Virus record (IMG/VR): IMGVR_UViG_2609459800_000001
Direction: 5' to 3' (one strand)
DNA: 64,000 nucleotides
From: a virus
Taxonomy: Duplodnaviria; Heunggongvirae; Uroviricota; Caudoviricetes
The position numbers and the translations under genes were made by a program. Under the pieces are notes generated by a model, which saw only the letters and a program-made list of their open reading frames with translations, did no database searches and was not told where the DNA came from. Positions 53,071 through 64,000 of the stretch are shown piece after piece. Numbering within the stretch: position 1 is the first letter of the stretch; every line of letters starts with the position of its first letter.

Positions 53071-53309
53071 TCCTGGGCTTCGTTTGGGAAACGTACAATA
53101 TTGTACGGTTGCGCTATTGCGGTAGGGTGTACTCCAACGCTATACGGTCTTTGGCAGACCTTTAGGGAAATGAGATAAGCTAAATGCGATAAGAGAAAAG
53201 CAATAACTTAAAGGCAATAGCTGATTACGATAAATCAATCAGTTACTTATCAGTATCGATTAAAAAATGCTCCTAACGTACAATAATTTCCGTTTCCCAA
53301 ACCGACCCC
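53071..53309. repeat. left copy of ~240-bp inverted repeat (MITE-like, short terminal inverted repeats)
   Basis: Near-perfect reverse complement of 56729-56968; each copy bounded by GTTTGGGAAACG...CGTTTCCCAAAC. Confidence 0.8.
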
Positions 53310-53320
53310 TAATAGCCGGA

Positions 53321-53500
53321 CTACGGACGCGCAATAATTCGCCCCTGACTTTCCAGCAGTTGGTAAGCATGTCCGACGGTCATGAAGCTCATGCCGCTGC
53401 TGGCGACCTGTTCGCGCAGTGACGGCAGACGATCGCCGGGTCGCCAGACGCCAGAGGCGATCTGTTCGCAAAGTTGTTCAGCCAGACGCTGGTATTTTTT
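53321..53500 (-). pseudogene. N-terminal fragment of a GntR/MocR-family regulator (winged HTH), no start codon, truncated after ~60 codons
   Basis: Minus-strand translation KKYQRLAEQLCEQIASGVWRPGDRLPSLREQVASSGMSFMTVGHAYQLLESQGRIIARP then stop next to the repeat. Confidence 0.5.
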
Positions 53501-53670
53501 ATTCTGGTTTCTCGTCGGTCAATGCAGGTGAGCCTCGCAGTGTATAACAGTGAATAAAATTCACAACGATTTGCAAACTGTTATGGTTAAATATGTCTGT
53601 TCTGTTTCTGCCCCTCATTGCCTCACACGCTTAGAATTGCGCTGAATCAATTTTTAATGCGGAGTCAGGC

Positions 53671-55071
53671 ATGTTTGGTCTTGATGCGTATCACCTGGCA
53701 AGGATCCAGTTCGCCTTTACAGTTTCATTTCACATTATCTTTCCGGCGATCACCATTGGGCTTGCCAGTTATCTGGCGGTGCTGGAAGGCCTTTGGCTAA
53801 AAAGCAAAAATCCGGTCTGGCGCTCGTTGTACCACTTCTGGTCAAAAATATTCGCCGTAAATTTCGGCATGGGCGTGGTTTCCGGTCTGGTGATGGCCTA
53901 TCAGTTCGGCACCAACTGGAGCGGTTTTTCGGAATTCGCAGGCAGTATTACCGGGCCGTTGCTTACCTATGAGGTGCTGACCGCTTTCTTCCTTGAAGCC
54001 GGATTCCTCGGGGTGATGCTGTTTGGCTGGAATAAAGTCGGTCCGGGTTTGCATTTCTTCTCAACCTGCATGGTGGCGCTTGGCACCCTCATTTCCACCT
54101 TCTGGATCCTGGCGTCTAACAGTTGGATGCAAACGCCGCAGGGGTTTGAGATCGTCAACGGCCAGGTTGTGCCCGTGGACTGGTTCGCCGTTATCTTCAA
54201 TCCTTCGTTCCCTTATCGGCTGCTGCATATGTCCGTCGCCGCATTTCTCAGTAGCGCGCTGTTTGTCGGCGCTTCGGCAGCCTGGCATCTGCTGCGCGGC
54301 AACGCAACGCCAGCCATTCGCACGATGTTTTCCATGGCGTTGTGGATGACGCTTATTGTCGCGCCGGTGCAGGCGTTAATCGGCGATATGCATGGGCTGA
54401 ACACCCTGAAACATCAGCCAGCCAAAATCGCCGCGATTGAAGGTCACTGGGAAAACCCGCCGGGTGAGCCCACGCCGCTGCTGCTGTTTGGCTGGCCGGA
54501 TATGGAACAGGAACGCACCCGCTATGGACTGGCGATCCCGGCGCTGGGAAGCCTGATCCTGACGCACAGTCTGGATAAACAGGTTCCGGCGCTAAAAGAA
54601 TTCGCCAAAGAGGATCGCCCTCACTCGACGATCGTGTTCTGGTCGTTTCGCATCATGGCCGGCCTGGGCATGTTAATGATCCTGCTAGGGCTCTGTGCGC
54701 TCTGGCTGCGCTACAGGCAGCGCCTCTACACCTCGCGCCCGTTCCTGCGCTTTGCGCTATGGATGGGACCCTCGGGGCTCATCGCCATTCTCGCGGGCTG
54801 GGTGACCACTGAGGTCGGACGCCAGCCGTGGGTGGTGTACGGTTTACAGCGTACTGCCGACGCGGTGTCGGCCCACGGCGATTTACATATGAGCATTTCG
54901 TTGCTCGCTTTCTTTGTTGTCTACAGCTCAGTCTTTGGCGTCGGCTACAGCTATATGATTCGCCTGATCCGCAAAGGCCCGCTGGAAGATGATTCCGCGC
55001 CGCCGCCGGGCACACCCGCCAGGCCGCTTTCCGCCGCCGTCCTCGATTCTCAACATAAGGCACATCGCTAA
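53671..55071 (+). CDS. cytochrome bd-type ubiquinol oxidase subunit I (short Q-loop, CioA-like)
   Basis: ORF track 466 aa; MFGLDAYHLARIQFAFTVSFHIIFPAITIGL..., GRQPW motif; lacks the long Q-loop insert. Confidence 0.8.
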   Translation: MFGLDAYHLARIQFAFTVSFHIIFPAITIGLASYLAVLEGLWLKSKNPVWRSLYHFWSKIFAVNFGMGVVSGLVMAYQFGTNWSGFSEFAGSITGPLLTYEVLTAFFLEAGFLGVMLFGWNKVGPGLHFFSTCMVALGTLISTFWILASNSWMQTPQGFEIVNGQVVPVDWFAVIFNPSFPYRLLHMSVAAFLSSALFVGASAAWHLLRGNATPAIRTMFSMALWMTLIVAPVQALIGDMHGLNTLKHQPAKIAAIEGHWENPPGEPTPLLLFGWPDMEQERTRYGLAIPALGSLILTHSLDKQVPALKEFAKEDRPHSTIVFWSFRIMAGLGMLMILLGLCALWLRYRQRLYTSRPFLRFALWMGPSGLIAILAGWVTTEVGRQPWVVYGLQRTADAVSAHGDLHMSISLLAFFVVYSSVFGVGYSYMIRLIRKGPLEDDSAPPPGTPARPLSAAVLDSQHKAHR

Positions 55072-56081
55072 TGGGTATTGATTTATCGGTTATCTGGTTT
55101 GTGATCATCGTTTTCGCCACGCTAATGTATATCGTGATGGATGGATTCGATTTGGGTATTGGCATTCTGTTTCCTGTCACACGAAACGCAGAGGATCGTG
55201 ATGTGATGGTCAATAGCGTCGCGCCGGTGTGGGACGGTAATGAAACCTGGCTGGTGCTGGGCGGCGCGGGGCTGTTTGGGGCTTTCCCGATGGCCTATGC
55301 GGTTATTATCGATGCGCTGACCATTCCGTTGACGCTGATGCTGATCGGACTGATTTTTCGCGGCGTGGCCTTCGAGTTTCGCTTCAAGGCCACGCCAGCC
55401 CACCGCCCATTTTGGGACCATGCTTTTCTCGGCGGGTCGATTCTGGCTACCTTCGCCCAAGGGATCGTGGTTGGCGCAGTGATCAACGGTTTCCCGGTGA
55501 CCGGTCGCAGCTACAGCGGCGGGCCGTTCGACTGGTTAACCCCCTTCACTCTGTTCTGTGGCGTCGGACTGGTCGTTGCCTATGCGCTCTTAGGCGCAAC
55601 CTGGCTGGTGATGAAAAGCGAAAATCCGCTTCAGGATAAAATGCGCAGCGTCGCGAAAAAACTGCTGCTGGCCCTGCTGTTGTCAATTGCGATAATCAGC
55701 CTCTGGACACCGTTAGCGCATCCGGCGATCGCCGACCGTTGGTTTACGCTTCCCAACCTGGGCTATCTGCTGCCGGTTCCGGTGCTGGTGATCGCGTTCA
55801 GCGTCTGGTTATGGCGCACACTGGGTCGTCCGGAAAACCACACGTTTCCGTTTGTGCTGACGCTCGGGCTAATCTTCCTTGGTTTCAGCGGCCTGGGCAT
55901 CAGTATCTGGCCGCACATTATTCCGCCTTCGGTTACCCTCTGGCAGGCAGCCGCCCCCGCCCAGAGTCAGGGGTTTATGCTGGTCGGTGCGCTGCTCATC
56001 ATTCCGGTGATTTTGGTGTACACCTTCTGGAGTTACTATGTGTTTCGCGGCAAAGTGCAACATGGCGAGGGGTATCACTGA
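55071..56081 (+). CDS. cytochrome bd-type ubiquinol oxidase subunit II
   Basis: ORF track 336 aa polytopic membrane protein; ATG overlaps subunit I stop. Confidence 0.8.
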   Translation: MGIDLSVIWFVIIVFATLMYIVMDGFDLGIGILFPVTRNAEDRDVMVNSVAPVWDGNETWLVLGGAGLFGAFPMAYAVIIDALTIPLTLMLIGLIFRGVAFEFRFKATPAHRPFWDHAFLGGSILATFAQGIVVGAVINGFPVTGRSYSGGPFDWLTPFTLFCGVGLVVAYALLGATWLVMKSENPLQDKMRSVAKKLLLALLLSIAIISLWTPLAHPAIADRWFTLPNLGYLLPVPVLVIAFSVWLWRTLGRPENHTFPFVLTLGLIFLGFSGLGISIWPHIIPPSVTLWQAAAPAQSQGFMLVGALLIIPVILVYTFWSYYVFRGKVQHGEGYH

Positions 56082-56209
56082 TGCAACATTCTCTCTGGAA
56101 ACGCCTGATGTGGCTGGTCATCCTTTGGGGCGGCAGCGTGTTGGCGCTGGCGGCGGTGGGCATGTTTTTTCGCCTGCTCATGACTGCGGCGGGGTTTAAA
56201 GCGCATTAA
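56081..56209 (+). CDS. CydX-like small membrane subunit (42 aa)
   Basis: ATG overlaps subunit II stop (TGATG); MQHSLWKRLMWLVILWGGSVLALAAVGMFFRLLMTAAGFKAH; below ORF-track cutoff as an independent ORF. Confidence 0.5.
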   Translation: MQHSLWKRLMWLVILWGGSVLALAAVGMFFRLLMTAAGFKAH

Positions 56210-56313
56210 GCGGACACCTCGCCGGATGTCGGCTTTGGGCCAGGCGTTAACCGGCGGAAATAAATACCAACACAAAGGCCCGGTAAACGCCACCGGGCTG
56301 ATGTCGCAAAGGA

Positions 56314-56728
56314 TTAAGGTTTACGCTTCGGCAGCGTTTTCATCAGATCTTCCGGACTGACGGAACCCACCACGCTGCCCGGCAGCGGCATTTTAAGAAT
56401 GTGATCTTCAATCTTGCCGATAACGTGCATTTCACACGGGCGACAGCCAAATTTCAGCGTCAGCACCTCATCACCGTTGACCAGTTGCATTGGCGTCGCT
56501 TTCCAGCTTTTGATGTTACCTTTCGCCTGTTTCGGGCAAAGATTAAAGGCAAAACGCAGGCAATGCTTGGTGATCATCACAGGCACATCGCCCTTTTCTT
56601 GATGCGCTTCATACGCCGCGTCGATCAACTGTACGCCATAACAATGGTAGAACTCACGCGCCTTCTGGTTATAGACGTTTGCCAGAAAACTCAGATGCGT
56701 CTGCGGGTAGACCGGCGCGGGATCGGAG
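56314..56728 (-). pseudogene. 3' fragment of a larger gene truncated at right inverted repeat (function unassigned)
   Basis: Track ORF 56314..56628; frame stays open upstream (…PDPAPVYPQTHLSFLANVYNQKAREFY…) to the repeat boundary with no start. Confidence 0.4.
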
Positions 56729-56968
56729 GGGTCGGTTTGGGAAACGGAAATTATTGTACGTTAGGAGCATTTTTTAATCGATACTGATAAGTAACTGATT
56801 GATTTATCGTAATCAGCTATTGCCTTTAAGTTATTGCTTTTCTCTTATCGCATTTAGCTTATCTCATTTCCCTAAAGGTCTGCCAAAGACCGTATAGCGT
56901 TGGAGTACACCCTACCGCAATAGCGCAACCGTACAATATTGTACGTTTCCCAAACGCAGCCCAGGTAC
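56729..56968. repeat. right copy of ~240-bp inverted repeat
   Basis: Reverse complement of 53071-53309. Confidence 0.8.
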
Positions 56969-57594
56969 GCGTTTTTAATTGCCATATCCCGCGCCGATTG
57001 CGCCACCGCGCTGGTGGGCAGATAGGCCAGTTGTGACGCTTCGCGACCATTTTTATAGCTATTGCGGTAGTTGTGACCTTCGTCGGCGATCACACTATCG
57101 AAGCCCATATCCTCAAAGTACGGATACTTCTCTGCTTTTTCGGTGCCGGTATCTGAATACTCCGACAATACCCGGCGACGCGCGGCCTCTTTGCGGTGGG
57201 AGTCGGAGTCCATTGCGCTGGCTACGCGCCCGGCAGCAACGAAGTCATAAAGCATATCCTGTGCATGCTCATCTACGGTGTCATCACGTAGCGGAATGCG
57301 GGCGTATTGTTCTTTGGTAAACACGACTGCACGGTAATTTGAGTGCGGGATTGCATTCATACGTGCCGTGATAGTGGCTTCATCTGCCAGTTTAAGGGCA
57401 TCGCGCATAACTGGAGTGCCATCAGTACCAAGAACAGGTTTACCGTTCTCATCGAGCACCGGCACCTGGCGAATCTGATCGCCATCCATCAGCACATCAA
57501 GACCGACAAACAGGTAGTTACTGAATGCCTCTTCACTCAGGAACTCTTTTGCTTCGTAATACCAGTTTTCCAGCACTGATTTATATTGTCTCAT
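56969..57594 (-). pseudogene. DExH helicase-motif ORF truncated by the inverted-repeat insertion (DarB-like)
   Basis: Track ORF 56872..57594; SVIADEGHNYRN (motif II-like); C-terminal 30 residues are encoded by the repeat. Confidence 0.45.
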
Positions 57595-57970
57595 TAAAAA
57601 CGCCGGTGCCCGCCGATGGTTCCAGAGTGTTACCTACGTCCGCGCCATAGAGGTTCATGATCTCCCAGACGCCTTCAGCGATAGGCTTTGGTGTGTAATA
57701 TTCGGAGACGGACCCGCCAATGCCGCCTTCGCCGGTGTACCCAGCCAGGATCTGGCGCTGTTCATCTGTCAGTGTCGCGCCATCCACCAGCGAATTAAGC
57801 AAATCTATCGCCTTCTGATTCGCCTCCCGGCGCAGCCGGTCATAGCTTTTGCCTTCCACCTTTTCCACGCCGTATCTAATCGGCGCTCGATGAGATGTTA
57901 TTGCCCTAATGTATTTCAATATTTCGCTGACACTTGAACAGCGAAACACCCCCATAGATAGCTTGTTCAT
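57581..57970 (-). CDS. N6-adenine methyltransferase-like N-terminal domain (DarB-like)
   Basis: ORF track 129 aa; SAM-binding-like LEPSAGTGVF; overlaps next ORF by 14 bp in another frame. Confidence 0.4.
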   Translation of the reverse strand: MNKLSMGVFRCSSVSEILKYIRAITSHRAPIRYGVEKVEGKSYDRLRREANQKAIDLLNSLVDGATLTDEQRQILAGYTGEGGIGGSVSEYYTPKPIAEGVWEIMNLYGADVGNTLEPSAGTGVFNETI

Positions 57971-58032
57971 TGGTAATCCTTAACAAGTGATTAGTGTTAA
58001 ATTCCGTTCAAACACGATGCGAATTATTCTAA

Positions 58033-60766
<2,734 letters not shown>

Positions 60767-60777
60767 CCACGAAAAAT

Positions 60778-60799
60778 AACCCCGGCGGATGCCGGGGTT
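60778..60799 (-). terminator. rho-independent terminator for leftward (lyz) transcription
   Basis: AACCCCGGC-GGAT-GCCGGGGTT with T run on minus strand. Confidence 0.55.
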
Positions 60800-60810
60800 C
60801 TCGTTAACTA

Positions 60811-61029
60811 TTATCGCCTTCGCCTGCGTGCCATATATTTGCGCACCGCGCGGCGTGGACAATCTGAAGCGGTTTCTTTCTGCTGCATCAATCTTGCAGC
60901 CATGCTCAAAAATGTCAGGCACAGCCGAAGCCCGGCATACAATAGCGGTTCCAGTGGCCACGTCTCATTGAGCACATATACCGCCATGAAAATCGAGTCG
61001 AAAACTATCGCCGCCAGCGATAACTTCAT
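60811..61029 (-). CDS. small membrane protein with highly basic C-terminus (holin-like?)
   Basis: Track ORF 60811..61065; MKLSLAAIVFDSIFMAVYVL... ending RRAVRKYMARRRRR; directly downstream of lyz. Confidence 0.35.
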   Translation of the reverse strand: MKLSLAAIVFDSIFMAVYVLNETWPLEPLLYAGLRLCLTFLSMAARLMQQKETASDCPRRAVRKYMARRRRR

Positions 61030-61057
61030 TGTCGAAAGTCGGCGGAGCTGCCGGAGT

Positions 61058-61615
61058 TTATTCATTGACCAGTCCCGTCAGGCAAAGCTGGCGTTCTTTT
61101 TCACGGCGAATCTTTAAACCTCGCAGGGGCACGCCGTTACTGTTCACGAAATCAGGGAGATGGTTACACATATTCACCCATTCCCCTTTCTGCGCCCACT
61201 TGTGGATGGACGTTTCTACTCGCATGCCTCGCGCTTTGCTGTAGTAGGTCCGTAAGCTATTACATCCCATATTGAATGCCGCGCTTGTCATTGCACTGAA
61301 GGCATTATCGGGCATGTCTTTGCCCCGGAAGTGCTGATTAATACAGCGTTCAGCGATCAGGATATTCTTTTCCCAATCAGCGGCGATTTGCTGGTCGGTT
61401 TTTCGCACACCCGGCGTTACCCCGTGTGTATTACCGATCCCGTCAGTCCATACCCCCGCCGGGCACATGTATGGATCACGTCGGCAACCTTCAGCGTTAC
61501 CAATCAGCTCAAGCCCTGCCTGGTTGGTTCGCACATTGCCATTACCCATCACGATGGTAATCATCACCGCGATAGCGCAAATTGCACCGCCTCCTGCGGC
61601 TGTTTTTCCCTTCAT
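61058..61615 (-). CDS. lyz: SAR endolysin (T4 e-type lysozyme with signal-anchor-release domain)
   Basis: Track ORF 61058..61657; 185-aa product from MKGKTAAGGGAICAIAVMITIVMGNGNVRTNQAGLELIGNAEGCRRDPY recognised as P1 Lyz. Confidence 0.85.
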   Translation of the reverse strand: MKGKTAAGGGAICAIAVMITIVMGNGNVRTNQAGLELIGNAEGCRRDPYMCPAGVWTDGIGNTHGVTPGVRKTDQQIAADWEKNILIAERCINQHFRGKDMPDNAFSAMTSAAFNMGCNSLRTYYSKARGMRVETSIHKWAQKGEWVNMCNHLPDFVNSNGVPLRGLKIRREKERQLCLTGLVNE

Positions 61616-61748
61616 AAAGACCTCATAAGCGAATTTTTTACGCTCCAGGACAAACACTCATTCACAGCCAATACCGACTGACTCGATCCCTTTAGAAGGC
61701 ACAGGATAATGCAAATCACTTGTTAGCTACGTTTCAAAGATATACATT

Positions 61749-61765
61749 ATTGCTCTAATTAATTT
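61749..61765 (+). promoter_or_regulatory. C1 operator-like site upstream of ssb
   Basis: ATTGCTCTAATTAATTT, 16/17 to consensus. Confidence 0.5.
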
Positions 61766-61784
61766 ATTTTATTAGGTAAGATAA

Positions 61785-62273
61785 GTGGCACAACGCGGTG
61801 TAAACAAAGTCATCCTGATTGGTACCCTGGGGCAAGACCCGGAGATCAGGTATATACCAAATGGCGGCGCGGTCGGAAGACTCAGCATCGCAACGAATGA
61901 ATCATGGCGCGACAAGCAAACGGGCCAACAGAAAGAGCAAACAGAATGGCATAAAGTCGTTTTGTTCGGAAAACTTGCTGAAATTGCGAGTGAGTATTTA
62001 CGAAAAGGTTCTCAGGTCTACATCGAAGGGAAACTTAAAACCCGTAAGTGGACAGATGACGCCGGTGTAGAACGTTACACGACGGAAATTATCGTCAGCC
62101 AGGGCGGCACCATGCAAATGATCGGCGCTCGCCGTGACGATTCACAGTCCTCAAATGGCTGGGGGCAATCAAACCAACCTCAAAACCACCAGCAATACAG
62201 TGGTGGCGGTAAACCTCAGAGCAACGCCAATAACGAACCTCCAATGGACTTTGACGACGATATTCCGTTTTGA
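61785..62273 (+). CDS. ssb: single-stranded DNA-binding protein
   Basis: ORF track 162 aa, GTG start; collinear with E. coli SSB including C-terminal [11 protein letters not shown]. Confidence 0.9.
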   Translation: MAQRGVNKVILIGTLGQDPEIRYIPNGGAVGRLSIATNESWRDKQTGQQKEQTEWHKVVLFGKLAEIASEYLRKGSQVYIEGKLKTRKWTDDAGVERYTTEIIVSQGGTMQMIGARRDDSQSSNGWGQSNQPQNHQQYSGGGKPQSNANNEPPMDFDDDIPF

Positions 62274-62470
62274 ATGTGTAAAAAACGACTGAAAGAAAAG
62301 CGGTGGTCCAGACGCCGACAAAAGCACGAACTCGCAAACAAACGCCAAAGTTGGCAATGGCACGCGCTTTTCACGAAAAGAACACCCCGAGATATTGCTT
62401 TCGCTGGTGGGAAAACATTCCTGACCCACCTGAAGGCGCAATACATCAGGTTTTAAGCAGAGGAAAGACT

Positions 62471-63148
62471 ATGAATAACATGACAACGAAAGAGCTTTTG
62501 ACGGCACTTCCAAAATACAAAAGCCATAAAACAGTTCGCGCCTCAAAAATCAAAGATATCGAAATTATCGCCCTAATGGATGTGGTCCTTTTTTGCAACA
62601 TCGAAGTCGTTGAGCCAGAAGGGGTAAAAGTCCATGTTGATAAAATGTTTTTGCAAAAACACCGACCAGAAATTGGCGGATATCTGGTCGCTTATGAGGA
62701 CGGATCTCTGTCCTATTCACCAGAAAAAACATTTGAAGAAGGCTTTAGTCGGACTAACGACTTCTTCGAAAATGGGGTATCGCTCAGTATTGAAGGTCAC
62801 AATGGGGTGACATTCATTACAGCCAGGGACGTAACTATTGCTGCCAGTGGCATCATTACCACACAAGAAGAAATCGACCTTGAAGCAGCCGACTTTTCTG
62901 ACGCGCTGATGTGGCTGAAGGATGGCAAGAAAGTTGCTCGACGCGGGTGGAACGGCGAAAACCAATTCTGCTGGCTGGTTCCTGAAGGACAGTACCCGGC
63001 ACGAATGGAAGCCATTAAGGGATATTTCCCCGGCGACCTCGTTCCGTATGGTGCTTATTTCGCCTTAAAAAATGCACAAGGTGTAGTTGTTCCGTGGGTG
63101 CCTTCTGTATGCGACTTACTGGCATGTGACTGGTTTGTAGTGGAGTGA
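62471..63148 (+). CDS. hypothetical protein with DUF2829-like segment
   Basis: Track ORF 62303..63148; start set at MNNMTTKELL after AGAGGAAAG; ALMWLKDGKKVARRGWNG. Confidence 0.4.
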   Translation: MNNMTTKELLTALPKYKSHKTVRASKIKDIEIIALMDVVLFCNIEVVEPEGVKVHVDKMFLQKHRPEIGGYLVAYEDGSLSYSPEKTFEEGFSRTNDFFENGVSLSIEGHNGVTFITARDVTIAASGIITTQEEIDLEAADFSDALMWLKDGKKVARRGWNGENQFCWLVPEGQYPARMEAIKGYFPGDLVPYGAYFALKNAQGVVVPWVPSVCDLLACDWFVVE

Positions 63149-63154
63149 TTTAAC

Positions 63155-63943
63155 GTGGAAAATACTAAAGCAATTCAATACCGCCTGCGTAATGGCCAGA
63201 GTGTCGAAGTGACCATCAATAATGATGGTGTACCTGGCGAAAAGGTTTCTATCTCTGATCTGGCTATCGAAAAAACCATCATGTGCCACCTTGGCTTTAC
63301 TGAAGAAGTGAGCAAAAAGCATGGTGTAGCTATCTGGCGCACAATGGATACTGGCATGCGCAGATTCATTACTGCTCGTACCCCTGGTATGACCATGATG
63401 GACCTCATGCAGATTGCGCCGCTGTTTGAGTGTGAACCTTTGGATGTATTCAGCAATCCAGCCATCTGCCAGCAGTTATATGGTGAGATGAAACTCGCGG
63501 TTACCCCCATTGTGCTGCATGAAGGATCGCTTGCTGGCGTATGGAAAGTAGAGCGAATTTCAAGCTACATGCCTTTCCACATCCATGTCAACGGCGTAAT
63601 CACAGGTGAAAATCAACCTGTTTCAGTTACAAAGTCAGACCTCAAGCGCGCAATTCTTGAAGCAAGTTGTCGAGTTATCGGCCTGGGCAAACAGTCTTAT
63701 GTTTCCTTCCCGGCTGGCCCTGAAGGCCCGGCAGAAATTCTGATTATGGATGCCGATCTGCTCTGGCAAATACAGTTTCTGATTGGCAAAAGCATCATCC
63801 GCGCTGAAGAACTCGATCAGTACATTACCTGCACGATGACGGATGAAGTCAAAAGTGTGGCTATAGCCAATGCCCGGAACCTATGTCGTGCTGCATTAAC
63901 AGAACTGCAAGAAAACACCACGGAAGAAGTGGAAAGCGATTAA
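63155..63943 (+). CDS. hypothetical protein
   Basis: ORF track 262 aa. Confidence 0.45.
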   Translation: MENTKAIQYRLRNGQSVEVTINNDGVPGEKVSISDLAIEKTIMCHLGFTEEVSKKHGVAIWRTMDTGMRRFITARTPGMTMMDLMQIAPLFECEPLDVFSNPAICQQLYGEMKLAVTPIVLHEGSLAGVWKVERISSYMPFHIHVNGVITGENQPVSVTKSDLKRAILEASCRVIGLGKQSYVSFPAGPEGPAEILIMDADLLWQIQFLIGKSIIRAEELDQYITCTMTDEVKSVAIANARNLCRAALTELQENTTEEVESD

Positions 63944-63948
63944 AAAAA

Positions 63949-63974
63949 ATCCCGCCGATTGGCGGGATTTCTTC
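63949..63974 (+). terminator. rho-independent terminator
   Basis: ATCCCGCC-GATT-GGCGGGAT followed by TTCTTC, preceded by A8. Confidence 0.6.
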
Positions 63975-64000
63975 AATATACGATCTGGTCTACATGATCC

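Noticed and set aside
53671-56209. Cytochrome bd oxidase operon as a native phage gene set
   Set aside because: It is bracketed by inverted repeats, flanked by truncated non-phage gene fragments and interrupts a phage ORF; interpreted as captured chromosomal cargo.
52963-57050. ORFs 52963..53178(+) and 56859..57050(-) sharing an identical C-terminal peptide, and ORFs 53250..53471 and 56401..56787 spanning the repeats
   Set aside because: Shared sequence is simply the two copies of the 240-bp inverted repeat read in the same frame; artefacts of repeat structure.

Overview
By gene content and order this 64-kb window is a segment of a P1-family temperate phage / phage-plasmid from an enterobacterial host, not a chromosomal or lambdoid region. 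Recognisable backbone, left to right: hrdC (RdgC homologue), dmt (bifunctional C5/N6 DNA methyltransferase), tRNA-Asn(GTT) and tRNA-Thr(TGT), TerB-like tciA, a third tRNA (CAT), ban (DnaB-like helicase), a leftward baseplate/tail operon, a long rightward block of small genes (VRR-NUC nuclease, lambda-type Ser/Thr phosphatase, HAD phosphatase, ASCH, PAPS-reductase-like, DUF551), hot (theta homologue), LexA-boxed humD, phd-doc, lpa, pacA with the pac site inside it, pacB, c1, coi, loxP, cre, a variable region, a disrupted DarB-like gene, portal and prohead protease, SAR endolysin lyz and ssb. At least 14 copies of the 17-bp C1 operator motif ATTGCTCTAATAAATTT are dispersed through the window. 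Accessory insertions sit on this backbone: an IS66-family element at the left edge; an AT-rich 476-aa gene with an Rx6H (HEPN-like) motif; an immI-like structured-RNA/icd/antirepressor module between pacB and c1; a cargo island marked by a resolvase pseudogene (SnoaL-like, GlxA-family regulator, MBL-fold hydrolase); an AT-rich GNAT acetyltransferase gene where P1 carries its type III restriction-modification genes; and a 3.9-kb segment bounded by ~240-bp inverted repeats that carries a short-Q-loop cytochrome bd oxidase operon and splits the DarB-like gene. The best candidates for an undescribed system are the GNAT gene at the res-mod position and the HEPN-motif gene. All calls come from reading the sequence and ORF translations and from recall of protein families; no database search was run. 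Hand-derived coordinates (tRNAs, operators, repeats, hairpins) may be off by 1-2 bp.
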